A DNA stretch of 24,740 bases from an uncultured Deinococcaceae bacterium. Lineage in GTDB: Bacteria; Deinococcota; Deinococci; Deinococcales; Deinococcaceae. The position numbers and the translations under genes are program-made. Position 1 is the stretch's first letter; the number at the start of each line of letters is the position of its first letter. A model generated the notes under the pieces. It was not told the origin of the DNA, did no database searches, and saw only the letters and a list, made by a program, of their open reading frames with translations. Positions 1 through 11,191 of this stretch are shown here, in pieces. The stretch lies in the NCBI GenBank assembly GCA_964252075.1, contig CAXULY010000064.1:1-24740 (forward strand), written 5' to 3'.

Positions 1-351
1 AGTCGAGCGGGTGGTTCAGGAGCGTAAACTCCATCATGCCCGCCTGCCCCTTCTTCACGCTCTCACTCGTCGCGGCGGTCTTGATGACCATGCCGTCCGT
101 CGCCTGCAGGGTGCAACTCGCCATGGGCTTCGGGAAGTAAAAGATCTTCGGGGCGTCCCCATCCATGATGAGCTGCCCATCCGGGCCCTTGCGGGGACTC
201 CCGGCTTCGACGAGGCACATGCGGCACGCGCCGACCGGACTGAGGTACTCGTGCGCGCAGAACAGGGGCACGTCGCGGCCCGCCGCGAACACGGCGTCCA
301 TGGCGCTGGTGCCGCTCGGGAGTTCGATCTCGGTGCCGTCAACAGTGACTT

Positions 352-355
<4 letters not shown>
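1..355 (-). CDS. nuoG: NADH-quinone oxidoreductase subunit G (Nqo3), N-terminal part; runs off the window edge
   Basis: Not in the ORF track; translated by hand from GTG at 355, which overlaps the nuoF stop (GTGA): [50 protein letters not shown]...MASCT...[13 protein letters not shown]. This has the NuoG 2Fe-2S cysteines and the NHPLD motif. Confidence 0.96.
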
Positions 356-1691
<1,336 letters not shown>

Positions 1692-1695
<4 letters not shown>

Positions 1696-2318
1696 GACTG
1701 GCCTCCCAGGGGCGTCCCACCCATTGGAGTGAGGTCGCGCGCGCTCTGCCCCACCACGTCACCCGACGCGGTGACCTGATGCCCGTCCCGCATGGAGACC
1801 GGCACGGGCGTCGGGGGGAGAGCGGCGCCCGCGCGCAGGTCCGCGAGGAGCTGCTGGCACCTGCGGGGCGTCACGTTCTCCACGTAGCCGTACCCGGCAT
1901 CGTTGATCTGCAGCATGGGCGCGGTGCCGCAACTCCCGAGGCACTCCACCTTCTGCACGCTGAAGAGCCCGTCGCGCGTCACCTCGCCCGGCTGCACGTC
2001 CAGCGTCTCGGTGAGGTGGTCCCACAGCTCGTCGCTGCCCGCGAGGGCGCACATCAGGGTGCTGCACACCTGAATGTGGTAGCGCCCGGTTGGAACGGCG
2101 CTGTACGTGGAGTAGAAGCTCATCACGCTGCGCACCTCGGTGGCGGTCGTGCCGACCAGGGACCCGACCTCCTCCATGTGCGCCTCCGACACGTACCCGA
2201 AGGCGTTCTGCACCTCACGCAGGAACGGCATGAGCGCGCTGCGCCGCCCCTGCGGGGTGTCCGGGTAGCGCGCGAGGAGGCGCGCGACGACGTCCTGCTT
2301 ATCCGAGAAGTAACCCAC
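1692..2318 (-). CDS. nuoE: NADH-quinone oxidoreductase subunit E (Nqo2)
   Basis: CSTLMC and CLGSCGTAP 2Fe-2S motifs; GTG start with GGAGGGAG upstream; ATGA overlap with nuoF. Confidence 0.96.
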
Positions 2319-2822
2319 TCACTCCCTCCAGATCGGCCAGGTGGCCGTTTCGAGTTCATCCATCTGATCGGTAGTCCGTCCGCCCTGCCGCAACAGGCTC
2401 ATGACCTGCCCGCGGTGGTGCGCGTCGTGCACGAGGATGTGCTGCAGGAAATGCGCGGGGTCGCTGGTGTACGCGTGCGGGAAGGCGCGGTCCTCGGCGT
2501 ACGCGGTCTGCACCGCCGCGAGCGCCGCCGCGTCCCCCTGATCGAAGGCCTCGCGGATGCGCGCGCGGTCCGTGGTGTTCAGCCAGAAGCGCTCCTCGGT
2601 GCCGTCCAGCAGTTCGGGCAGGCCCTCGGCGTGCGGCGGCGACACGCGCGTGAGCCACCCCACCCGGAAGTCCACGAGGTGCCCCAGGTGCTGCCCGACA
2701 CTCCACCCGCCGCGACCGTCATCCAGCGCGAGGTCTTCGGGCGTGAGGCGCTCCAGCACGGCGGCGTTCACGCGCCCGTTGCGGCGAAAGGATTCGAGGA
2801 GCACGGTGGGCAGTTCACGCAT
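2319..2822 (-). CDS. DinB/YfiT-superfamily protein
   Basis: SVGQHLGHL and [12 protein letters not shown] match the His triad of DinB-like four-helix proteins; GAGG upstream of the ATG. Confidence 0.85.
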   Translation of the reverse strand: MRELPTVLLESFRRNGRVNAAVLERLTPEDLALDDGRGGWSVGQHLGHLVDFRVGWLTRVSPPHAEGLPELLDGTEERFWLNTTDRARIREAFDQGDAAALAAVQTAYAEDRAFPHAYTSDPAHFLQHILVHDAHHRGQVMSLLRQGGRTTDQMDELETATWPIWRE

Positions 2823-2831
2823 GCGCTGGCC

Positions 2832-4064
2832 TCACCGGTCCACGTCTCCCAGCACCGGGTCGATGGACGCCAGCACCGTGATGAGGTCCGCGAACTGCCC
2901 GCCCACGCAGGCGTACTCCAGGCACTGTAAGTTCACGAAGCTCGGCGCGCGGATCTTCACGCGGTACGGCATGCTGCCACCGTCACTGACGATGTAGTAC
3001 CCGACCTCGCCGCGCGCCGTCTCGACCGGCACGTACACCTCGCCCACGGGCGGGTGGAAGCCCTCCGTCACCAGCTTGAAGTGGTGAATGACCGCCTCCA
3101 TGCTCGTCTCCAGTTCCTGGCGGGGCGGGAGGGAAATCTTGCGGTTCGGGTCCTTCACGGGGCCCGGCTGCAGGCGGTCAAGCGCCTGCCGGATGATCCT
3201 GGCGCTCTCGCGGAACTCCTGCAGGCGCAGCACGAAGCGCGCGAGGCTGTCGCCGTCCTCACTGACGGGCACATTGAAGTCATAGGTCTCGTAGTCGCAG
3301 TAGGGGTTCGCCTTGCGGTGGTCGAGCGCCACGCCGCTCGCGCGGAGGTTCGGTCCGGTGAGGCCCAGGTCGAGCGCCACCTCGCGTGGGATCACGCCGA
3401 TGCCCTTGGCGCGGTCGAGGAAGATGGGGTTCTCCGCGAAGAGCGTCTCGTACTCGTCCACCTTGCGGTCGAAGATGTCAATGAAGGCGCGCACGTGCGC
3501 GGGCCAGTCCTCGGGCACGTCGCGCGACAGACCCCCAACGCGGAAGTACCCCTGGTTCATGCGGTACCCGCAGACCTCCTCGAAGAGGTCCTGCACGGCC
3601 TCCTTCTCGCGGAAGGCGTAGAAGAAGGGCGTGAGCGCGCCCAGGTCCAGCAGGCCCGTCCCGACGAACACGAGGTGCGAGTGGATGCGCCCGAGTTCGT
3701 GCAGGATGACGCGCACGGTGGTGGCGCGCTCGGGCACCTCGGCGCCCAGCAGCTTCTCGGCGGACAGCACGTAGGCGAGTTCGTGTCCGAAGCAGTGCAG
3801 GTAGTCGGTGCGCGGCGCGTAGGTGACGTTCTGCTGGTACGTGCGGTGCTCCATGGTCTTCTCGAAGCCCGTGTGCAGGTAGCCCATGTGCGGCACGACC
3901 TTCACGACGTACTCGCCGTCCATGTCCACCACGAGGCGCAGCACGCCGTGCGTGGAGGGGTGCTGCGGCCCCACGTTGAGGCTCATCATCTCGGTGTGCA
4001 GCAGCGTGCCGCCCGGACCCTCAGGGATGGGGGCGGGCACCGTGCGGCGTTCGGTCACGGTCAT
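2832..4064 (-). CDS. nuoD: NADH-quinone oxidoreductase subunit D (Nqo4)
   Basis: [30 protein letters not shown] and C-terminal GDVDR. Start moved to ATG 4064 (ATGA overlap with the nuoC stop), 410 aa. Confidence 0.97.
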   Translation of the reverse strand: MTVTERRTVPAPIPEGPGGTLLHTEMMSLNVGPQHPSTHGVLRLVVDMDGEYVVKVVPHMGYLHTGFEKTMEHRTYQQNVTYAPRTDYLHCFGHELAYVLSAEKLLGAEVPERATTVRVILHELGRIHSHLVFVGTGLLDLGALTPFFYAFREKEAVQDLFEEVCGYRMNQGYFRVGGLSRDVPEDWPAHVRAFIDIFDRKVDEYETLFAENPIFLDRAKGIGVIPREVALDLGLTGPNLRASGVALDHRKANPYCDYETYDFNVPVSEDGDSLARFVLRLQEFRESARIIRQALDRLQPGPVKDPNRKISLPPRQELETSMEAVIHHFKLVTEGFHPPVGEVYVPVETARGEVGYYIVSDGGSMPYRVKIRAPSFVNLQCLEYACVGGQFADLITVLASIDPVLGDVDR

Positions 4065-4653
4065 TTCGGTCCTCCTTCCGGCATGGTGGGCGGCACGGGC
4101 TCCGCGCCCTGCCCGCGCCTCAGCGCGCCCCGGTACCCGGTGAGGCCGGGGTTCTGGCCGTTCAGGCCCGCCCGGAAGGTCGCGGGGTCCAGGAAGCGCC
4201 CGTCGCGGAACAGGGTGGGCGTCTCGCCCAGCGGGAAGTCCTTGCGCAGCGGGTGGCCTTCCAGGTCGTCGGGCGTGAGGACCTTGCGGAGGTCCGGGTG
4301 GTGCGTGAAGCGCACGCCCATCAGGTCGTACACCTCGCGCTCCAGGTAGTTCGCGGAGCGCCAGATGGAGAACAGGCTGGGCACCTCCTGGCCGTCGGTC
4401 AGCCACACGCGCAGGAACAGGCGGCGGTGGTCGTCCGGGTGGTAGGTGTTGTACAGCACGGAGAAGCGCTGCGGGGTGGGGCGCGTGTAGCCCTGGTAGT
4501 CCACGCCCACCACGTCCATGAGCATGAAGCCCTCCTGCTTGAGCCGCTGCGCGACCGTCAGCAGGCGCTCCACATCAACGGCGGCCGTGGGCTCCGTGCC
4601 GCCCTCCAGGGTCAGGCCCAGGGTCTGCACGAGTGAAGTGACGTCCCGCAGTG

Positions 4654-4657
<4 letters not shown>
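4061..4657 (-). CDS. nuoC: NADH-quinone oxidoreductase subunit C (Nqo5)
   Basis: [22 protein letters not shown] and GHPLRKDFP signature. Start moved to ATG 4657, overlapping the nuoB stop, 198 aa. Confidence 0.96.
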
Positions 4658-5190
<533 letters not shown>

Positions 5191-5224
5191 GGGGACACCT
5201 CCGGTGCGCGGTGTGTGCCGGGGT

Positions 5225-5575
5225 TCAGGCCCACTCCAGCACCCCCTTCTTGAGGATGTAGTAGTACCCGACGAGCACCAGCACCACGAAGCTGAGCGCC
5301 TCCCAGAACACGAAGCTGCCGAGCTTCTGGTAGGCGACGGCCAGTGGGTAGAAGAAGGCCGTCTCGATGTCGAAGACGATGAACAGCATGGCGACCAGGT
5401 AGAAGTGCACCGGGAAGCGTTCGCGTCCGGTGCCTGCGGGGTCGTTGCCGCTCTCGTACGGCATGAGCTTGGTGCGGCTGGCCTTCTTGGGACCGAGCAG
5501 CAGGCTCACGATGACCGCCAGCACCCCGATACCGGCGGCGACCAGCAGCATGACGGCGAGATTCAGGAATTCGAT
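5225..5575 (-). CDS. nuoA: NADH-quinone oxidoreductase subunit A (Nqo7); start uncertain (ATC 5575 preferred, ATG 5551 or GTG 5620 possible)
   Basis: [25 protein letters not shown] and KKGVLEW; three hydrophobic segments; GGAGG lies 7 nt before an in-frame ATC. Confidence 0.95.
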   Translation of the reverse strand: MEFLNLAVMLLVAAGIGVLAVIVSLLLGPKKASRTKLMPYESGNDPAGTGRERFPVHFYLVAMLFIVFDIETAFFYPLAVAYQKLGSFVFWEALSFVVLVLVGYYYILKKGVLEWA

Positions 5576-5621
5576 GGTCTGGCCTCCATTCGTTGCGCGC
5601 TTTTCGCTGGAACACGGCAAG

Positions 5622-5643
5622 ACTCGTGTAAAATTTCACGAGT
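5622..5643. promoter_or_regulatory. Palindrome upstream of nuoA, candidate Rex operator
   Basis: ACTCGTG-N8-CACGAGT is a perfect inverted repeat. The minus-strand core TCGTGAA-ATTT-TACACGA resembles the Rex consensus TTGTGAA-N4-TTCACAA with 3 mismatches. Confidence 0.6.
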
Positions 5644-6171
5644 ATGCGAAAAAGCGGGCGCCTGGGAAAGGAACGAGCGAACCGACGTGAACGTTTGTGT
5701 ACATCCCAGTTGTAGCACGATTCCCACGCGCTGTGCGCGGCTCCAGGCTGGTCGGCAAACACACTGCACAGAGGTCCGGCCGACAGCCGTATCTACCGAG
5801 CGACGGAGGTGACGGACACTGTCTCGTCTGTCCACAGGCGTTCAGCACGTCAGGCCCGAACCCTCTCCCCACCCTGCTGCCTCGCACCCACTCAGCAGGG
5901 GTGCTGAGTGCCTTGAACGGCAAAAGCGCGCGTTGAATTCCAACTTCGCGGAGTGCTGGACGAGGAGATGAAAGCCTGCCTGCTACCCCTGCGACAACTG
6001 TCCGTCCCTGTAGCGGACACAAACAGGCGACCACTCCCACGGCGTCAAGGACGACATGCCCGTCATGATCAGGGGCGGCGTCGAGCAGAACGCCGTCACA
6101 TGGTCGTCTGCTCGCCCCGGAGACCGGGGCTGATGGTGTGTGGGGACGCTTGAACTGGCCGGGCGCGCCGG

Positions 6172-7323
6172 TCAGCTCACCAGTTCCACGAACTCCTCTT
6201 CCTCCTCTTGCAGCATCGGGAGGGTGAAGGAGAAGGTCGCGCCCTCGCCGCGCACGGAGTCCACCCAGATCCGCCCGCCGTGCTGCTCGATGGCGAGCTT
6301 GCAGAAGGCGAGGCCCATGCCCGTGTCGAAGCGGGAGTGCAGGGTGAGGCGCGACTGCTCGAAGGCGCTGAACAGGTTCGGGAGGTCGTCCTCGGGAATG
6401 CCCTCCCCGTCGTCCCGCACGGAGCACAGCAGGTCGCTGCCCTGCTGGTGCGCCTGCACTTCGATGCGGCCGCCGTGCCCGGTGTGCTTGATGGCGTTCG
6501 AGATGAGGTTCGCGAACACGCGCCTCAGGATGTCCGGGTCGGCGTTCACAGGTGCGAAACCCGGATCGAGCGCGAGGGTGATGTGGCGGTCCGCGGCGGT
6601 CACGCCGACGTCGGCGCGCGCGAGTTGCAGCACGTCCTCCAGCATGGGCGCGAAGAGCGTCTGGCGGTTCAGGTGCAGTTTGCCCGCCTGCATCTTGCGC
6701 ACGTCCAGCATGTTCACCGCGAGGTGCAGGAGGTGCTGGCTCTCGTCCCGCGCGAGTTTCAGGAGGTCTAGGATATCGGCGGGCACGCGGCCGGAGTCGA
6801 TGATCGCGACTTCCAGGATGCCCATAATGGCGCTGATGGGGTTCTTCAGGTCGTGCACCAGCATGTGCACGAGCTGGTCGCGCACGCGCTCCTCATGCTC
6901 CCACGCCACGATGCGTTCCTGCAGCTGCACCGCGCGCTGGTCCTGCTCGCGCGCGCGGCGCACGCGGGCGAGCAGCGCGCGCACCTGCAGCGCCGTGCCC
7001 TGCGGCGGCGTGCCTTCCGCCATGAGCGCGTCCACACCCGCCATGAGGAGCGCGCCGAGGCCGCGTGAGCCTACGGCGAGCCAGTGCGTGTGCGTGAGTT
7101 CCTCGCGAGAACGCATCATGCTGAGGAGGTCCGTGAGCGGCACCGTGCTGGGCAGGTCGGCGTGCAGGACCACCACGTCGGGCGGCACGGCGCGGCTGAT
7201 GGCGAGGAGGTGGTCCGCGTCGGAGACGTGACGGAGGTCGACGCCATCCAGGAAGGAGCGCAGTTGATCAGCTGCGCCAGCCGCTGCGCTGGCCACAAAG
7301 ACGGTAGGCATGGACACGGTCAT
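6172..7323 (-). CDS. Cytoplasmic histidine kinase with degenerate N-terminal receiver-like domain
   Basis: H-box LVHDLKNPISAI, N-box NLISNAIKH, G1 VRDDGEGIP, F-box LFSAF and G2 TGMGLAF; no evident transmembrane segment. Confidence 0.92.
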   Translation of the reverse strand: MTVSMPTVFVASAAAGAADQLRSFLDGVDLRHVSDADHLLAISRAVPPDVVVLHADLPSTVPLTDLLSMMRSREELTHTHWLAVGSRGLGALLMAGVDALMAEGTPPQGTALQVRALLARVRRAREQDQRAVQLQERIVAWEHEERVRDQLVHMLVHDLKNPISAIMGILEVAIIDSGRVPADILDLLKLARDESQHLLHLAVNMLDVRKMQAGKLHLNRQTLFAPMLEDVLQLARADVGVTAADRHITLALDPGFAPVNADPDILRRVFANLISNAIKHTGHGGRIEVQAHQQGSDLLCSVRDDGEGIPEDDLPNLFSAFEQSRLTLHSRFDTGMGLAFCKLAIEQHGGRIWVDSVRGEGATFSFTLPMLQEEEEEFVELVS

Positions 7324-7442
7324 GCTCCCCTCAGTTTACTCATTGGCTTGTTAAGATTTGGTTCATCTTGCACACTTTCTGCGGCATGGGTTTCCCACTG
7401 GATATACCCGCCGCGACCCTCCCTGGATGTGTCCACGCAGCG

Positions 7443-7477
7443 GCGAGCGGACGGGCCTCAGGCTACCGTCCGCTCGC
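7443..7477. terminator. Strong hairpin downstream of the oligopeptidase gene (possible terminator or 3' stabiliser)
   Basis: GCGAGCGGACGG / CCGTCCGCTCGC, 12-bp perfect stem; no adjacent U tract on the minus strand. Confidence 0.5.
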
Positions 7478-7550
7478 GCGCTCGCACTGTCAGGTTTTTA
7501 AAATTTCAGCTTCATCTTTTCAGCTGTTCAGCTCCGGCCCCGCACCCGCC

Positions 7551-9578
7551 TCAGATCAGGCCGTCGCGGCGCAGCAGCGCCTCAGGGTTCGGATCGCGGC
7601 CCATGAATTCCCGGTACAGGGTGGTGGGGTCCGCGCTGTTCCCGCGCGAGAGCACCGCGTCCACGAACGCCTGCCCTATCGCGCGGTTGTAGAGGCCCTC
7701 GGTGGCGAAGCGGCTGAACGCGTCCGCGTCCAGCACCTCCGCCCACTTGTAGCTGTAGTACCCCGCCGCGTACCCGACCGGGCTGGAGAACAGGTGCCCG
7801 AACTGCGCGATCCGCGCGTAATCGTCCGGGATGGGCGTCGGCATGAACGGCCGCGTGACGTCACGCGCGAACGCCACGGGCTCCTGGCCAGCCTGCAGGT
7901 CCATGTGCAGCGCGAGGTCCGTGGTGCCGAAGCTGTACTGCCGCATGGCGCCCGTCGCGGCGCGGTACGTGCGCGCCGCGAGCATCTTCTCGAAGAGCTC
8001 GGTGGGGATGGGTTCCTGCGTCTCCACGTGACGGGCGTACAGCGCCAGCGCCTCGCGGTCCCAGCACCAGTTCTCCATGATCTGACTGGGCAGCTCCACG
8101 AAATCCCACGCGACGCGCGTGCCCGCCAATGAGCGCACCGGGACGGTCGAGAGGCAGCCGTGCAGCAGGTGCCCGAACTCATGAAAGACCGTCTGCACCT
8201 CGTCGTGGCTGAGCAGGGCGGGCGCGCCCTCGCTGGGCGGCGTGAGGTTCCCGCACATCAGCGCGAGGTGCGGGCGGAACCCGTGGTCGCTGGGGCCGCC
8301 CGTGATGAACTGGTTCATCCACGCGCCGCCGCGCTTGCTGTCGCGCGGGAACCAGTCGGTGTAGAAGCTCGCGCGGTGCGTGCCCGCCTCGTCGAAGAGG
8401 TCGAAGGCGCGCACCTCCGGGTGCCAGCCGGGCGCCTGCCCCTCGCGCACGGTGATGCCGAAGATCCGCCCCGCAATCTCGAACAGGCCGGACAGCACGC
8501 GGTCCAGTGGGAAGTACGGGCGCAGCGTCTCCTCGTTGAGGTCGTAGCGCGCGAGGCGCTGCTGCTCCACCCAGTGCTCCACGTCCCAGGGCTCCAGGGC
8601 GGGCGCATGTTCGCCCGCGCGCTCGCGGTAGAAAGCCTCCAGGTCCGCGCGCTCGCGTTCGAAGGCGGGACGCGTGCGTTCGGTCAGGTCGCGCTCGAAG
8701 GCCTGCGCCGCCGCGCCCGTCCCCGCCATGCGGTCATCCAGCACGAGGTCCGCGAAGTTGCTGAAGCCCAGCAGCTGCGCCTTCTCCTGCCGCAGGCGCA
8801 GGATCTCCGCGATGAGCGGGCGGTTGTCCTTGCCCTCTAGCGTACCCACGCGGTGATAGGCCTGCCACAGCTCGCGGCGCAGCTCACGGTCGAGGGCGTG
8901 CGTGAGGACCGGCAGGTACACCGGCATGTGCAGCGTCAGGCGGTGGCCGTCCTGGCCGCGCGCGGCGGCGTCCAGCCGCGTCGCGACGCGCACGCGCTCC
9001 GGCACGCCCGCGAGGCGCGACTCGGGCACGAACAACTCGAAGGCGGCCACGCCGTCCAGGGTGTTCTGGCTGAAGGTGTTCGTGACCTGCGCGAGTTCGG
9101 TGTTCAGCGCCTTCAGGCGCGCCTTGCCGGCCTCGTCGAGGTCCGCGCCCTGGCGGCGGAACTCATCCATGGTGAGTTTCAGGAACCGCGCCCAGATCGG
9201 GTCAAGCTGCTGCGCCTCCTCGCCCGCCGCGTAGGTCTTCAGGGCGGTCCAGAGGCCCTCGTGCAGGTTCAGGTCCGTGAAGAACGCGCTGACCTTCGGG
9301 ATGATGGCCTGCGCGGCGGCGCGCCAGCCGTCACTGGACACCACGCCCTCCAGGTGCCCCACGATGGTGCGGGCGGTGCTGAGGCGCTCGGTGAGCTGGT
9401 CGAGGTCCGGCAGGAACCGCTCGAAGTGGCGTTCGCCCGCGCGGGCCAGCCGTTCCAGGTTGGCGCGCGCCTCCGCAATCAGGGCGTCAATGGCGGGTTC
9501 AGCGTCCTCCGGCCGGATGCGGTCGAAGGGAATCTCGAAGCCAGGGTCAAGCAGCGGGTTGGCGGTCTGCGTCGTCAC
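7551..9578 (-). CDS. prlC: M3-family metallopeptidase, oligopeptidase A-like
   Basis: HEFGH zinc motif, [29 protein letters not shown] and FMGRDP. Start moved to GTG 9578 ([10 protein letters not shown]), 675 aa. Confidence 0.92.
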   Translation of the reverse strand: MTTQTANPLLDPGFEIPFDRIRPEDAEPAIDALIAEARANLERLARAGERHFERFLPDLDQLTERLSTARTIVGHLEGVVSSDGWRAAAQAIIPKVSAFFTDLNLHEGLWTALKTYAAGEEAQQLDPIWARFLKLTMDEFRRQGADLDEAGKARLKALNTELAQVTNTFSQNTLDGVAAFELFVPESRLAGVPERVRVATRLDAAARGQDGHRLTLHMPVYLPVLTHALDRELRRELWQAYHRVGTLEGKDNRPLIAEILRLRQEKAQLLGFSNFADLVLDDRMAGTGAAAQAFERDLTERTRPAFERERADLEAFYRERAGEHAPALEPWDVEHWVEQQRLARYDLNEETLRPYFPLDRVLSGLFEIAGRIFGITVREGQAPGWHPEVRAFDLFDEAGTHRASFYTDWFPRDSKRGGAWMNQFITGGPSDHGFRPHLALMCGNLTPPSEGAPALLSHDEVQTVFHEFGHLLHGCLSTVPVRSLAGTRVAWDFVELPSQIMENWCWDREALALYARHVETQEPIPTELFEKMLAARTYRAATGAMRQYSFGTTDLALHMDLQAGQEPVAFARDVTRPFMPTPIPDDYARIAQFGHLFSSPVGYAAGYYSYKWAEVLDADAFSRFATEGLYNRAIGQAFVDAVLSRGNSADPTTLYREFMGRDPNPEALLRRDGLI

Positions 9579-9584
9579 CCGCGG

Positions 9585-9590
9585 AGTATA
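9585..9590 (-). promoter_or_regulatory. -10 box TATACT, leaderless configuration for the oligopeptidase
   Basis: TATACT-6 nt-GTG with no Shine-Dalgarno sequence. Confidence 0.75.
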
Positions 9591-9666
9591 GGTCCGCTCA
9601 GGATGAGAGCGGCAGCTGGGCGTATTGGCGGATGAACGCGGCGGGCGGGAGCCGTCACAATGCCGC

Positions 9667-10644
9667 ATGGACCCCTCACTGGCCCCCTTGGACCTGCGGG
9701 CGGAGCGCAACCCGCCGCTGAACCCCGAGCGCCTCGCGGCCCTGCTGAACGCCGCGCACCCCGACCACCCGCAGACCGCCGCGGGCGTGCAGCAGCAGGA
9801 CGCCAGCCTCACGCCCGGCGATCACCTGGGGCGCTGGGTGCTGACCAACAACGCGGGACCCGTCGCCCTGGCGGAGGTGAAGGCGGACCTGAATCACGCC
9901 GGCTGGGCGCGCCTGAGGATCGCGCTGCGGCCGGACGTGGACACGACGGAAGTGCGGGCATGGCTGTGGCGCCGCGCACAGGAGGAGCTCACGGCGATGG
10001 GCGCGCAGGTCGTGACGGCGACCGTGCGGGAGGACTGGTGGGAGGCGGGCGCGCTCCGCGCGTGGGGCTTCGAGGAGCACGAGCGCATGTGGGCGTCCAC
10101 CCTGAACCTCACGGCCTTCGATCCGGCGCCCTTCCGGGCGCACGTGGAACGCGCGCGGGCGGGGGGCGTGCGCATCCAGCCGTACAGCGCCTTCCCCTGG
10201 CAGGAAGAAGGAACGCAGCGGCGCCTGTACGTCCTGATGATCGAGCTGCTGGGCGACGTGCCGTGGGCGACGCCCGTCGAGCCGTGGCCGTTCGGGCTGT
10301 GGCGGGAGCGCGTGCTGCACGACCCGCACTTCAGCCCGGACGGCCTGTACGTCGCGGCGAGCGGCGAGGACTGGGTGGGCGTCACGGAACTCTTCCGGCC
10401 GGACCTCGCGCGGCCCGGCACGCTGCACCAGGGCCTCACAGGCGTGCGGCTGGCGTGGCGCGGGCGCGGGGTGGCCGTCGCGCTGAAGGTGCAGGCGGCG
10501 CTGGACGCGCGCCAGCGTGGGTTCCTCGCGGCGCGCACCATGAACCATCAGGGGAATCGGGCGATGCTCGGCATCAACGCCGCGATGGGGTACGAGCGGG
10601 AACCCGCGTGGCTGACGCTGAACCGCACCTGGAATTCCGCCTAG
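9667..10644 (+). CDS. GNAT-family N-acetyltransferase, probably two GNAT domains
   Basis: C-terminal [18 protein letters not shown] acetyl-CoA motif and [19 protein letters not shown]; degenerate first domain ending LRAWGF. ATG 9667 chosen (CACAAT 5 nt upstream). Confidence 0.85.
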   Translation: MDPSLAPLDLRAERNPPLNPERLAALLNAAHPDHPQTAAGVQQQDASLTPGDHLGRWVLTNNAGPVALAEVKADLNHAGWARLRIALRPDVDTTEVRAWLWRRAQEELTAMGAQVVTATVREDWWEAGALRAWGFEEHERMWASTLNLTAFDPAPFRAHVERARAGGVRIQPYSAFPWQEEGTQRRLYVLMIELLGDVPWATPVEPWPFGLWRERVLHDPHFSPDGLYVAASGEDWVGVTELFRPDLARPGTLHQGLTGVRLAWRGRGVAVALKVQAALDARQRGFLAARTMNHQGNRAMLGINAAMGYEREPAWLTLNRTWNSA

Positions 10645-11183
10645 CGCTCCCCGTGGCGCCGCCACATCTCGGCGTTCACCGCTTCGCTCTCGCCGCGCGG
10701 GATGCTGAGCGTCCGCCACTCACGTCCGCGCTGGTGCTTGGCGAGGAGCACGATCTGGTACACGTGCCCGCTGGCGTGCGCGAGTTGCCGCTGTACGGCG
10801 GCAAGGGCGGTCATGCGCTCCCCGCGCACGCGCACCTCCAGCCCGAGGTCACGCGCGGGCAGCCGCTCCAGCGCCGCGAAGAACAGCTGCCAGCCGGCCT
10901 CCCAACGTTCGAGCAGCGCCTCTGGCGTCAGCCCGGCGTCGTCGAATTCGGCGTCGCGGTTGCGGCCGCTGCCCTCGCCGTCGCCGTCGGGGAAGGTCGC
11001 CCAGCGGGCGTGCATGTTGCCGCTCAGGTGCTGCACCAGCACCGCCACGCTGTTCTCGCTCGGCCCCAGGACCGCGCCCCAGTCCCCATCCGTGAGCTGC
11101 CGCAGGGCACCCTCGCCCAGTTGCTTCACGCTGTGCAGGCGCGCGAGCGTCTCCCGCAGGAACAGTTCGCCAGCATCATCCAT
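10641..11183 (-). CDS. DUF1572-like protein (DinB-like fold)
   Basis: NSVAVLVQHLSGN, DGEG..RNRDAEF, RQLAHASGHVYQI and WRTLSIPRG are motifs I recognise from DUF1572 proteins. Confidence 0.8.
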   Translation of the reverse strand: MDDAGELFLRETLARLHSVKQLGEGALRQLTDGDWGAVLGPSENSVAVLVQHLSGNMHARWATFPDGDGEGSGRNRDAEFDDAGLTPEALLERWEAGWQLFFAALERLPARDLGLEVRVRGERMTALAAVQRQLAHASGHVYQIVLLAKHQRGREWRTLSIPRGESEAVNAEMWRRHGER

Positions 11184-11191
11184 GCCGCAGC

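Noticed and set aside
5751..5790. GGCAAAC resembling a c-di-GMP-I riboswitch core
   Set aside because: The GNRA-capped P2 stem and tetraloop receptor are missing, and it points away from nuoA.
5953..6153. 66-aa ORF in the nuoA-kinase gap
   Set aside because: No recognisable motif, atypical codon usage, and GAGGAG directly abuts the internal ATG with no spacer.
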